Assembly: GCA_965207885.1 (NCBI GenBank)
Contig: OZ242311.1
Span: 2,080,001-2,144,000, forward strand
DNA length: 64,000 bases
Origin: Candidatus Latescibacterota bacterium
GTDB lineage: Bacteria > Latescibacterota > UBA2968
Reading direction: 5' to 3'
Shown: in pieces, positions 10,348 to 18,807 of the stretch
Layout of the letters: each line of letters starts with the position of its first letter
Numbering within the stretch: position 1 is the stretch's first letter
Notes under the pieces: generated by a model
Seen by the model: the letters and a program-made list of their open reading frames with translations, nothing else
What the model was told of the DNA's origin: nothing
The model's database searches: none
Made by a program: the position numbers and the translations under genes

Positions 10348-10380
10348 AGGAGAGGCGTGCTGTGCGTCTCTCCTTTTTTT
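10348..10380 (+). terminator. Intrinsic terminator
   Basis: AGGAGAGGCG...CGTCTCTCCT hairpin plus T7. Confidence 0.8.
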
Positions 10381-10466
10381 GTTAGGTTGATAGATGATGA
10401 TTTTTTTTGTATTATTTGAAATGGTCAAAACGCGAGGTGAGAAAGTTTTTTTATGAGGGGCTTGTT

Positions 10467-10781
10467 ATGGCAGCTAAAGAGTCTTACATGGCGGGTTTGG
10501 GTAAGTTAGGGGCTGGAGATTTGGAAGGCGCGATTATCGAATTTGAGAAGGCTGTATCTGACGATGTCTCATTTTACATGGCGCATCTGGGATGGGCACA
10601 GGCATTAGATCGGCTGGGGAGGGTTGATGAGGCGATTGAACAGGTCAACTGCGCTTTGCAAATTGTTCCCGATGAGGCACTCGCACATACGAGTCTATCG
10701 CGATTATATCAGCAGAAAGGGATGATTGAAGAGGCCGAAAAGGAAATGGCTATTTCTCACAAACTCTCTCAAAATATTTAA
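10467..10781 (+). CDS. Small TPR protein
   Basis: TPR consensus (GDLEGAIIEFEKA, GRVDEAIEQVNCAL, AHTSLSRLYQQKGMIEEA). Confidence 0.8.
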   Translation: MAAKESYMAGLGKLGAGDLEGAIIEFEKAVSDDVSFYMAHLGWAQALDRLGRVDEAIEQVNCALQIVPDEALAHTSLSRLYQQKGMIEEAEKEMAISHKLSQNI

Positions 10782-10784
10782 AAA

Positions 10785-12809
10785 ATGACGCGTGTACTGA
10801 AAATGAGGACGTCCTGCTTGGGCGTCCTTTCTGTTTTTGTGTTGATGGCGTGTGTGAAAGCAAATGCAAATTCGGTTGATTCGCTGCTGGCACGTGCGCA
10901 AAGCGATACGTCGAAACCGCTTGACTACCGCATTGGTTTGCTCAGAAAAGCACTCCGTGTGGATGGCGATCGCGCAGATGTCTGTGCGGCATTGGGTGTG
11001 TTGTTTATGCAAAAAAACACGCCTGCGAGCAGGTTGCGTGCAGATCGCTATATTTATCGCGCGATTGTATTGGACCCCGAGAACATAGAGTATCATCTGT
11101 CTTACGCGACCCTGCAGCGCAAGAAGGGTTTTCGGTACAATGCCAGGCGATATTTTGAAAAGGTGCTCAGTATAGATTCAACGCAGGTTGATGCGGCCTG
11201 TGAAGTGGGCGATTATTATTTACAGGATATGTTGAAATACGTCGATGCGCGACGTTTTGACGGAGGTGGAAGTATGCGGTCTTTTGCAATGGAGAGTGTG
11301 CAAACGGCTGCGGATTATTACCACTACGCACTCGCACATGATCCCTATTGCAGACGCGCGTATTACGGGCTGGGGATGCTGAGTATAGAGGGTGGATATA
11401 AAGAGGATTTGATTGTTATTGCGCAGGCACTTTTAGGCCGGTGGCCACAGGATCGGGATGGACTTTTGTTTTTGGGATTGGGGTATTATGCGGCCGAAAA
11501 GTACGAGGCGGCGGGCAAAGCATTTGATCGCGCGTACGCACAGATGGATTCGGTTGGACAGGCTGCGATGACTTCAATAGAATTGTTGGGCGGCGGGGAT
11601 GAGGCACCTGCGCTTTTTTGGCAAAAGCGCGATCCTTTGTTTCTCTCGCCTGTGAATGAAAGAAAGCTGGCACATCGCGGGCGGGTTGCTTATGCAAATT
11701 TGAGATTTGGTCTGCCCGATGAGGAGATTGCGGGTTGGGAAACGGATATGGGCAAGGTCTGGATTCGCTACGGTCGCTATGTCAATCGCGTGAGAACGCT
11801 TATTCCGCATCGAGAGATCTGGACTTATGAAGATTTTTCAATGGACTTTTTTTCCTATGATTCTGTGCATTGGAAATTGGAATCGATGAGGGATGAGCGA
11901 TGGGCACTCGTTCCGGGCGGATGGGGCAGAAGTCAGATTCTGTCGTCCAATTTTTATTACCCCGAGCGCTATATCGATCCGTATCGAGATCAGAAATACG
12001 GATTGCCCGTGCAGGTGGGATTTTTTAAGGCTGAAGAAAAACAGGTCAAAGTGGCTCTTTCGTGGGGCATCCCCAAGCATCAGTTGCAGTATCTCAAGCT
12101 CTATGAGACCTATCAGGTTGATTTAGATGCTGGTATTTTTGTTCATAGAAGCGATGGGGAAGAGATAACGGGTATCAGGTGGCAGCCAGAGGTATTTCGA
12201 GATGTTTGGACCGATTCATTGAAGGAGCGGTATTTGTTGGGGCAACGCGACCTGATTTTGGCACCAGGGCAACAAGATGCCGATTCACTTGCGCTATCTT
12301 TAGAGATTAGGGATTCGGGAAAGAAAACAGTGGGCGTGTTCCGCGATACCGTTTTTGTACAGGCATTTCCCGATGATGTGATTTCTATGAGTTCTGTGTT
12401 GTTGGCTTCACATGCGGAGGATGGCAAAGAGGGGATAGAAGTCATCCCCAATCCGTTGAGAACTTTTGGTGCGGACGAGTTGTTGTATATCTATTTTGAG
12501 ATCTACAATCTGATACGCGATGAGTTTGGGCAGACCGATTTTTCTGTGACGTACAGAGTCGGACCACCAGATTTGCGGCGTTTTTCCGATAAGCGAGATC
12601 GAAAGGCGATTGCGCAATTGGGTATAAGTGATGACAGGTGGCGTATTTCCGTTAGTACAGATTATCGGGGAGGGGATATGCAGGAGCCGATTTATTTATC
12701 TGTTGATTTAAGTGAGTTAGGACCTGGTGTGCATCTGCTATCTATAGTGGTCACTGACCGTCAGACGGGTTTACAGACCTGGCGAGAAACCCTGTTTCGC
12801 ATTTTGTGA
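10785..12809 (+). CDS. GWxTD domain-containing TPR protein (exported)
   Basis: FWQKRDP...RVAYANLRF...GWETDMGKVWIRYG motif, N-terminal TPRs, C-terminal beta domain with YFEIYNL. Confidence 0.85.
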   Translation: MTRVLKMRTSCLGVLSVFVLMACVKANANSVDSLLARAQSDTSKPLDYRIGLLRKALRVDGDRADVCAALGVLFMQKNTPASRLRADRYIYRAIVLDPENIEYHLSYATLQRKKGFRYNARRYFEKVLSIDSTQVDAACEVGDYYLQDMLKYVDARRFDGGGSMRSFAMESVQTAADYYHYALAHDPYCRRAYYGLGMLSIEGGYKEDLIVIAQALLGRWPQDRDGLLFLGLGYYAAEKYEAAGKAFDRAYAQMDSVGQAAMTSIELLGGGDEAPALFWQKRDPLFLSPVNERKLAHRGRVAYANLRFGLPDEEIAGWETDMGKVWIRYGRYVNRVRTLIPHREIWTYEDFSMDFFSYDSVHWKLESMRDERWALVPGGWGRSQILSSNFYYPERYIDPYRDQKYGLPVQVGFFKAEEKQVKVALSWGIPKHQLQYLKLYETYQVDLDAGIFVHRSDGEEITGIRWQPEVFRDVWTDSLKERYLLGQRDLILAPGQQDADSLALSLEIRDSGKKTVGVFRDTVFVQAFPDDVISMSSVLLASHAEDGKEGIEVIPNPLRTFGADELLYIYFEIYNLIRDEFGQTDFSVTYRVGPPDLRRFSDKRDRKAIAQLGISDDRWRISVSTDYRGGDMQEPIYLSVDLSELGPGVHLLSIVVTDRQTGLQTWRETLFRIL

Positions 12810-12811
12810 CG

Positions 12812-13885
12812 TCAGAGGACCTGTTTTTTTGCTTTTTTGTGCCAGAGGAGGTTAATCAGTGGGGGGCCGCCAAATAAAATAAAGCCGAAGATCGCGACTG
12901 CGTGTACCGACGTGGCAAATGCCAATGCGATTTCTGTTGGCACATGGTAGAAATGGTGGAGGGTTTGGGCGCAAAAAAAATGGTAAGAGCCTATACCCCC
13001 TGGAGCGGGAAGGACAAATCCGATTGTGGCGAAGGTCATCACAACCATCGCTTCAAACAAGCCGAGGTTGTACTTATGCGATAGGTCGAAACTGTAGAAG
13101 GGCAAGTACATGGCGAACAAATAAAGACTGTTGAGAATCAGGGTTGATACCAATATCCCCGCATAGCCTTCTACAGTGTGAATGGCTCTCATTCCCTGTA
13201 AAAAAGAACGCAAAATATGGGTTACACCATCGGCCAGCCTGGGAGAGAGGCGCGATAGCAGGTGGTGGAAAAAGGACAGGCCGCGTTCTCCGCGGGCAGA
13301 GAGCAGTCCCAAAAATACGAAAGCAAACAGGATGATGGGCAATGTCAGCAAGGCGACTTGCTCAAGTCCGGGAAATGCTGCGCCGATTTGCTCTCTGGCA
13401 AAAAATAAAACCACGCCAAAGATGATCAAGAGGGTGAGTATATCGAGCAAGCGTTCTACAATCACTGTCGCCAGGATTGCGCTGAGGCCGGTAGGGTGAT
13501 CTCTCTCGAGGGCGAGGGCACGCGCAACTTCGCCCGCGCGCGGGAATACGACATTGCCCGCATAAGCGACCATGACAGCCCAAAATGCCGAGCGAATGGA
13601 AATATTTGGGGCAACGGGCAATAGCAACATGCGCCAACGCCAGGCTCGGGGCAAGCCCGATGCAATGATGATGATGGCCGATAAGAGCAACCAAAGGGGA
13701 TTGGCCGTTTGCAGGGCCTCTTCGAGACGCACCCATTCGACATTTCTAAACGCCGCCCAGAGAAAGCCCCCCATGAGCAGGAGACTGGCTGCGAGTTTGA
13801 GAAAGGTTTTTATGACAGACTTCGACATGGCAGAACTGGGCGCGTCAATTAGGCGACTAACTGCGAGTTTGAGAAAGGTTTTCAT
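12812..13885 (-). CDS. Flippase-like / lysylphosphatidylglycerol synthase TM-region protein (UPF0104)
   Basis: RAWRWRMLL, PRAGEVAR, ERLLD and PAPGGIG motifs; multiple TM helices. Confidence 0.85.
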   Translation of the reverse strand: MKTFLKLAVSRLIDAPSSAMSKSVIKTFLKLAASLLLMGGFLWAAFRNVEWVRLEEALQTANPLWLLLSAIIIIASGLPRAWRWRMLLLPVAPNISIRSAFWAVMVAYAGNVVFPRAGEVARALALERDHPTGLSAILATVIVERLLDILTLLIIFGVVLFFAREQIGAAFPGLEQVALLTLPIILFAFVFLGLLSARGERGLSFFHHLLSRLSPRLADGVTHILRSFLQGMRAIHTVEGYAGILVSTLILNSLYLFAMYLPFYSFDLSHKYNLGLFEAMVVMTFATIGFVLPAPGGIGSYHFFCAQTLHHFYHVPTEIALAFATSVHAVAIFGFILFGGPPLINLLWHKKAKKQVL

Positions 13886-13891
13886 GATAGG
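13779..13891. repeat. Imperfect direct duplication (72-bp offset) of the flippase 5' end
   Basis: CTGCGAGTTTGAGAAAGGTTTT at 13789 and 13861; KTFLKLA appears twice in the protein. Confidence 0.8.
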
Positions 13892-14772
13892 CCATATCCC
13901 AGACTGCGAAGGGCGGTGTCTTTTTTTCGCCAGTTCTCATAGACTTTGACGTGCAGGTCGAGATAAATTGGGTGTTCCAAAAATGCCTCGATTTTTTTTC
14001 GTGCCTGATGTCCAATGGTTTTGAGGGTTTTTCCCCCCCGTCCTATGACAATGCCTTTTTGTGAATTGCGTTCGACAATGATATTGGCCTGAATATAGAC
14101 TTTGGGGCGGTTTTCTTCAAAAGCCTCAATGTCGATTGCCGTTGCATAAGGCAATTCCTGGCGGAGATGGTGGAATACTTCCTCTCGAATGAGTTCCGCA
14201 ACAAAAAATCTTTCGGGCTGTTCGGTGAGCGTATCTTCCGGATAGTATTGTGGGCCTTCTGGCAGTGCTTGGCGCAGGGCTGTGTGAAGCTCTTGCAGGC
14301 CATGTCCAGTGATGGCCGACACAGATAAGACGCCCTGCGTAGCAAGTGAGGCGCGAATCTGTTGCTCGCAGCGTTGGACTTGCGTGCGCGAGATGAGGTC
14401 GGTCTTGTTTACGGCGATGATTTTGGGAATATCCCATTGTCCGAAGATTTGTCGTACTTCGGCGTCATAGGAGGTGTCGAGTTTTGAACCATCGACAATG
14501 CCCAAAAGCACATCTGCACTTTGATATGCACGCCCGATTTGCCGGTTCATAAATTCGTGAAGGCGATAGCGCGCAGACAAGATACCGGGGGTATCGAGAA
14601 ATATCATTTGAGCCTGTTTATCTGTCACAATTCCCAGGATATTATTACGGGTAGTTTGGGGTTTGGGTGAAATAATGGATAGACGCTCCCCCACGAGTGC
14701 ATTAAAAAGTGTGGATTTGCCGACATTGGTTCGTCCCGCGATTATGACATATCCAGATTTGAAAGCCATCAC
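13882..14772 (-). CDS. era: GTPase Era
   Basis: GRTNVGKS, PQTTR, DTPG and NKTD motifs; KH domain with VIGRGG. Confidence 0.96.
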   Translation of the reverse strand: MMAFKSGYVIIAGRTNVGKSTLFNALVGERLSIISPKPQTTRNNILGIVTDKQAQMIFLDTPGILSARYRLHEFMNRQIGRAYQSADVLLGIVDGSKLDTSYDAEVRQIFGQWDIPKIIAVNKTDLISRTQVQRCEQQIRASLATQGVLSVSAITGHGLQELHTALRQALPEGPQYYPEDTLTEQPERFFVAELIREEVFHHLRQELPYATAIDIEAFEENRPKVYIQANIIVERNSQKGIVIGRGGKTLKTIGHQARKKIEAFLEHPIYLDLHVKVYENWRKKDTALRSLGYGLS

Positions 14773-14779
14773 TGTCCAA

Positions 14780-15754
14780 TCAAAAAAATAAAGTGGCCGA
14801 AATGCGGTACGTATTGTCGAGTTGGTCGTGTTCCATGAAGGCGAGATCTACGCCAAATCGACGAAGTTGCAAGCCAGTGCCCGCTGTAAAGTGCCCATCC
14901 TTATATCCGAGGCGAAATGCAAGGCGGTGTTGCAGGCGGTATTCTGTCCCCAGTTGTATGCTGCTCGTTTTTTCCCGTGTCGATTTTTCGTCATTCAGGT
15001 GCGTGCTAAAACCGACTGTCATATCACCGCCGGGCACCCTGCGTAGAAGTGCAAGGCCAATGAGAAGAGACGGCGAAATGCGATCTGTAATGCCGTCGGG
15101 AAATGCAATGCGCGTCTTTGTAAGATCGCGTATTGTCGCGCCAATGCGAAACGTCGAAGTGGGCAGATAGAGCAGGCCGATGTCCAGGCCAAAGCCGCTT
15201 CCGATGCCCACGCTGAGATCGCGTCTAATCATTTTTATACCCGCCCCAAGACGCAATTTATCTGTGATATGTCGCCCATAAGCGATTCGAAAGACATAAT
15301 CAGCAGTGCCGATTTTGTCGATTATTACGGGTCGGTTGTCTGGGCCAATTGGACGGTCTGGATCTTCCAGGCCCGTCAGGGCAATCCCATCAACGCCAGC
15401 GCGAACAATGCCCAGGCCAATGCCGCCTTTTCTTATGGGCAAGCGCAATGCCAAAATATCGTGATTTATACTACCGCCAAATTGTTCGGCATGTTGTACG
15501 TGAATTTCTCGTTTGGGTGGTAATGAATTTTTTTCGAAGTCTGTCCTGGAATACACCTCTAGAGCAAGTCCTGCGGGATTCCAATAGACTGCTGTTGCAT
15601 CAAAACTGAGCGCGATATAAGCACTGCCCATGCCCAGAGCGCGGGCACCAGCCCCCAATAAGAGTGGATCACCTGCATAATGGGATGTCTGTGCATGGGT
15701 TGGACTTGTGAGCGCGCACATGCAATACAACGCCAGGGTCGCAAAGCGTTTCAA
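14780..15754 (-). CDS. PorV/PorQ (UPF0164)-family outer-membrane barrel
   Basis: GARALGMGSAY...YWNPAGL N-terminal signature; terminal F. Confidence 0.8.
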   Translation of the reverse strand: MKRFATLALYCMCALTSPTHAQTSHYAGDPLLLGAGARALGMGSAYIALSFDATAVYWNPAGLALEVYSRTDFEKNSLPPKREIHVQHAEQFGGSINHDILALRLPIRKGGIGLGIVRAGVDGIALTGLEDPDRPIGPDNRPVIIDKIGTADYVFRIAYGRHITDKLRLGAGIKMIRRDLSVGIGSGFGLDIGLLYLPTSTFRIGATIRDLTKTRIAFPDGITDRISPSLLIGLALLRRVPGGDMTVGFSTHLNDEKSTREKTSSIQLGTEYRLQHRLAFRLGYKDGHFTAGTGLQLRRFGVDLAFMEHDQLDNTYRISATLFF

Positions 15755-16347
15755 TGATTGGCCTCTGCATGGGGAATGAAAATGGCGATATTGCCGGGAC
15801 GCAATGCCGATCCCAGGGCTTTGATATCGACAGGAGATAAAGTGATGTGCGGTATGTCACTTGTTGAAACTCCGTCCGCTCGAATGACGAGGTTTGGGGC
15901 AAAATAGAGGCGAGAACGATGGCGAGGTCCTTCTATCAGTCGTCCGGAGAAGTCGAGGGGGAACAGCCGCCCGCGAAGTCGCAGATTTGCATTGCCGGGT
16001 TCAACCGAGATGGGGTCAATTCTGGTCACAAAGCGGTAGTTCTGGGTATGGCTTTCTTTTCTGGGCGACAAGTTGAGGATGGAGCACGTTCTCAGCACAT
16101 TGCCCTGTGATTTGAGGTGAATTTGCTTTGACGGAATGTCGATGATAAGGTAGAATTCGCCCGGTGCTGTTTTGATCTGGTCGAGTTCTCGGACAAGGGC
16201 TTCGCGGTAGTTTTGGAGAACGATTTTGTCCTGACCAAATACAGGGGTTTCCACAAGAAGCAAACAAATTAGTAGATATAGACCCGGTCGCCAACTTGTA
16301 GTGAGCGATACACAAAGGCCAGGTCTTCGTCGTTGAGGCGAATACAT
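15751..16347 (-). CDS. L,D-transpeptidase-like protein lacking catalytic His/Cys (start uncertain)
   Basis: YLIIDIPSKQIHL resembles the YkuD N-terminal strand and LRPGNIAIFI the YkuD end; there is no HGC motif. Confidence 0.55.
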   Translation of the reverse strand: MYSPQRRRPGLCVSLTTSWRPGLYLLICLLLVETPVFGQDKIVLQNYREALVRELDQIKTAPGEFYLIIDIPSKQIHLKSQGNVLRTCSILNLSPRKESHTQNYRFVTRIDPISVEPGNANLRLRGRLFPLDFSGRLIEGPRHRSRLYFAPNLVIRADGVSTSDIPHITLSPVDIKALGSALRPGNIAIFIPHAEANH

Positions 16348-16856
16348 CCGTGCGTGATATGCCGTCCGAGCAATGTGGGATAAAGGGTGCCGTGAATTTC
16401 GTACCCGTCGCCCAATTTAAGGGCGTAGGCACCTAAGGTTGTCCTGTCGAGACGCCGAAACTCCCAGGGCAATACAGTGGGTTCTTCTCCATTTTCGACA
16501 AAGGCCCACAGGGGCTTGGCCCAGATGGGGTCTGTCACTTTGTGCAAAATGGTTCTGATACCTAATGGGGTGTGAAATTGCCAGCGTGCCGAAGCACCCG
16601 GATGGAGCAGTACTTTGCCGCTGCCTGTCGCACACGTCGCTTCTCGTATCATCTGGTTGTTGTGCCAAACTTGAAGACGGTTGTGTACGGTATCAATAAC
16701 GATGTAGGTTTCTGTTGCGTGCCGTTTCAATGCTTCCTGGAGTGATGCGATGTCAGCTTTGAGTTGTTCGATATCCGTTTCTCGCGCGGGTAGATGCAGG
16801 GAAAAACTGAAGAACAAATATAGCGCGAGTAATAATATGGTGTGAAAGCTGTGCAT
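16269..16856 (-). CDS. L,D-transpeptidase (YkuD family)
   Basis: CATG, TPLG and IHGT...THGCIRL catalytic motif; signal peptide. Confidence 0.9.
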   Translation of the reverse strand: MHSFHTILLLALYLFFSFSLHLPARETDIEQLKADIASLQEALKRHATETYIVIDTVHNRLQVWHNNQMIREATCATGSGKVLLHPGASARWQFHTPLGIRTILHKVTDPIWAKPLWAFVENGEEPTVLPWEFRRLDRTTLGAYALKLGDGYEIHGTLYPTLLGRHITHGCIRLNDEDLAFVYRSLQVGDRVYIY

Positions 16857-16874
16857 GTATGGCTCAGAAATTGC

Positions 16875-16908
16875 AAAACCGAGGTGCTTTTAGCGCGCCT
16901 CGGTTTTT
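16875..16908 (-). terminator. Hairpin terminator/attenuator downstream of the lipoprotein gene
   Basis: AAAACCGAGG...CCTCGGTTTT inverted repeat. Confidence 0.7.
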
Positions 16909-16935
16909 GTCTTTTTAAAAGATATTTGGATGGTA

Positions 16936-17562
16936 CTACAGGCGGAAATACCAGGGTTTGTTTCGTTCTTTCCAGTCTTCGATTTTCTGAAGCGCGACCG
17001 TAACAGCACCTTGAACACCTGCTAATTTGTTTTCCGCATCTTGTGCTTGAGCGAGAGCATCTCTGTATTGCCCATTGTCGAGGCTGCTGCGTGCGTCGCT
17101 TACGCTGGTCTCGGCCTGATTCAGGTCGGCGTTGAGTTGATCGAGATCATCGTCAGCGCCTTTTCCTCGAGGTGCCTCACCCAAACTGACTCTGGTGTCT
17201 GAAATGCCAGGCATGACGCGTTCGATAATCGCCTGGGTATCGGCCTCCAATTGCCTGTTGGTGTCAGCTTCTGATTTTGCACTATTAGCTAACTCCTGAG
17301 CTTCTACATAAAGAGGCTCAGCCTCGTCAAATTTATTAAAGAAGAAGAACTTTTTCTCTTCAAACTTCTTGGCGGCACTGTCTATGGCAGCGGTTGCTAT
17401 GCGATATGATTCGGGCGCATAAGCCTCGGCCTGAGCCGCCTGTGCTGCAGCATAAGCTGCCTCAGTATCTGCTTTCAATTTTACCAATTCTTCGGAAGGC
17501 CCACAACCCGTTATGGCAAATGCCAAAATCAGAACAGTGCAAAGGCTTAAAATGGATCGCAT
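16936..17562 (-). CDS. Ala-rich coiled-coil lipoprotein (DUF4398-like)
   Basis: Lipobox AITGC; AQAEAYAPESY and APRGKG motifs; all-helical. AAGGAG RBS upstream. Confidence 0.75.
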   Translation of the reverse strand: MRSILSLCTVLILAFAITGCGPSEELVKLKADTEAAYAAAQAAQAEAYAPESYRIATAAIDSAAKKFEEKKFFFFNKFDEAEPLYVEAQELANSAKSEADTNRQLEADTQAIIERVMPGISDTRVSLGEAPRGKGADDDLDQLNADLNQAETSVSDARSSLDNGQYRDALAQAQDAENKLAGVQGAVTVALQKIEDWKERNKPWYFRL

Positions 17563-17704
17563 CCTTAGACTCCTTGAGTGTGTTGTCAATAAAGGCTTTA
17601 CGCATTGTCTTCTTTGCGGAAGATAAAACACAAATTTCCGCTTGTCAACACCAATTTTGAGATATGGGAAATGGTGTTGAGCTATCGGTGATGATGTATT
17701 TTAT

Positions 17705-18556
17705 TTATCGCCGTTCGCTTTTTTTATAAAAAAGTTTGTTCAGTGGGCTTTTGGGATCCGTAAGGTATTTGGCTTCGTCGGGCGTCAGGGCTTTGTCAAA
17801 AACAGCGATTTCGTCAATTTCTCCAGGGTATTTGAAATGATTAAATCGCATCACGAGGGTTTCTATATCCCAGGTCATATTTTGTTGAAGCGGACCTTTG
17901 CGCCCTGCTTCTTTGCCATCTATATACAACGCCCATTCTGCATCGGCCTTGCCACTGTTAAAGTTGGACCAGGTAATCGCAATGTGGTGCCAGTCATTTG
18001 CACGCCAGTTGACCGGTACAGAAATCACACGAGCTGCGACTACATCGTCGGTAACTGGTTGTTCTTTGTTGGGATAGCACCCAAATCGAAGCGTGCCATC
18101 GGCTTTTTTGAAATCGACAAATACAACTGCATCATCCCAGGGATATTTCCCACTCTCTTTTTTTCCAACGTGAAAGGGTTCTGGGTAGCTTTCATCAAAG
18201 CTGGCGATGTCGGCTTTGAGCCAGAATGCAATGCTGCCAGACCACGCGCTGTTTGCACTGTAGGCGAGATTGTTTTTACCGCTGTAATTGAGTGCGCCCG
18301 CATCTGGATTAAAAGCCAAATATCCGTCGGGATTGCCGCCTTGCTTGATGTGGTTGGTGTTGGCTGTGTCAAAGGTAGCCAATGGGTCGCCAAGGCTGTC
18401 GAGGGCATCCACGCCTTTTTCAAAGTTGGCAAAAAAAAGTATGTGTGCTCGCAGGCTCTCTTCAATGGCCTTTTCAGGGCCACCACAGGCTGTTGTGATT
18501 GATAGAAATATGAGGGTTAGAGTGCCGCGAGATAGCTGGAAAAAGTGGAGCGACAT
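17705..18556 (-). CDS. LamG/concanavalin A-like domain lipoprotein
   Basis: Lipobox TTAC; SIAFWLK, WHHIAITW, LYIDG and GEIDEIAVFDKALT motifs. Confidence 0.8.
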   Translation of the reverse strand: MSLHFFQLSRGTLTLIFLSITTACGGPEKAIEESLRAHILFFANFEKGVDALDSLGDPLATFDTANTNHIKQGGNPDGYLAFNPDAGALNYSGKNNLAYSANSAWSGSIAFWLKADIASFDESYPEPFHVGKKESGKYPWDDAVVFVDFKKADGTLRFGCYPNKEQPVTDDVVAARVISVPVNWRANDWHHIAITWSNFNSGKADAEWALYIDGKEAGRKGPLQQNMTWDIETLVMRFNHFKYPGEIDEIAVFDKALTPDEAKYLTDPKSPLNKLFYKKSERR

Positions 18557-18730
18557 GTGTAAGGTTTCCTCGAAAAAAGAAGTTTGGCGTATTGTGGAGT
18601 TAAGTACACAAGTTGATATACTCCCAAAACGCGGGGATGTCAATACCAAAATAATGGAATTACAAAGATAGCTTAAATACTCGAAAAATCAATAGTTGAG
18701 ATACTCGAAAACTCTGTCTCGGAAATTGTC

Positions 18731-18759
18731 TTGACATCTCAAAAGTTATTTGTTAGCAT
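18731..18759 (+). promoter_or_regulatory. Sigma70-type promoter of the M28-FtsX/OPT operon
   Basis: TTGACA-N17-TAGCAT with a TG extension; ATACTCGAAAA direct repeats at 18677 and 18701 just upstream. Confidence 0.65.
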
Positions 18760-18807
18760 AAATTCAATTTCCCAAAATGTTTGGCATTCTCAACAGGAGT
18801 CTCCTCG

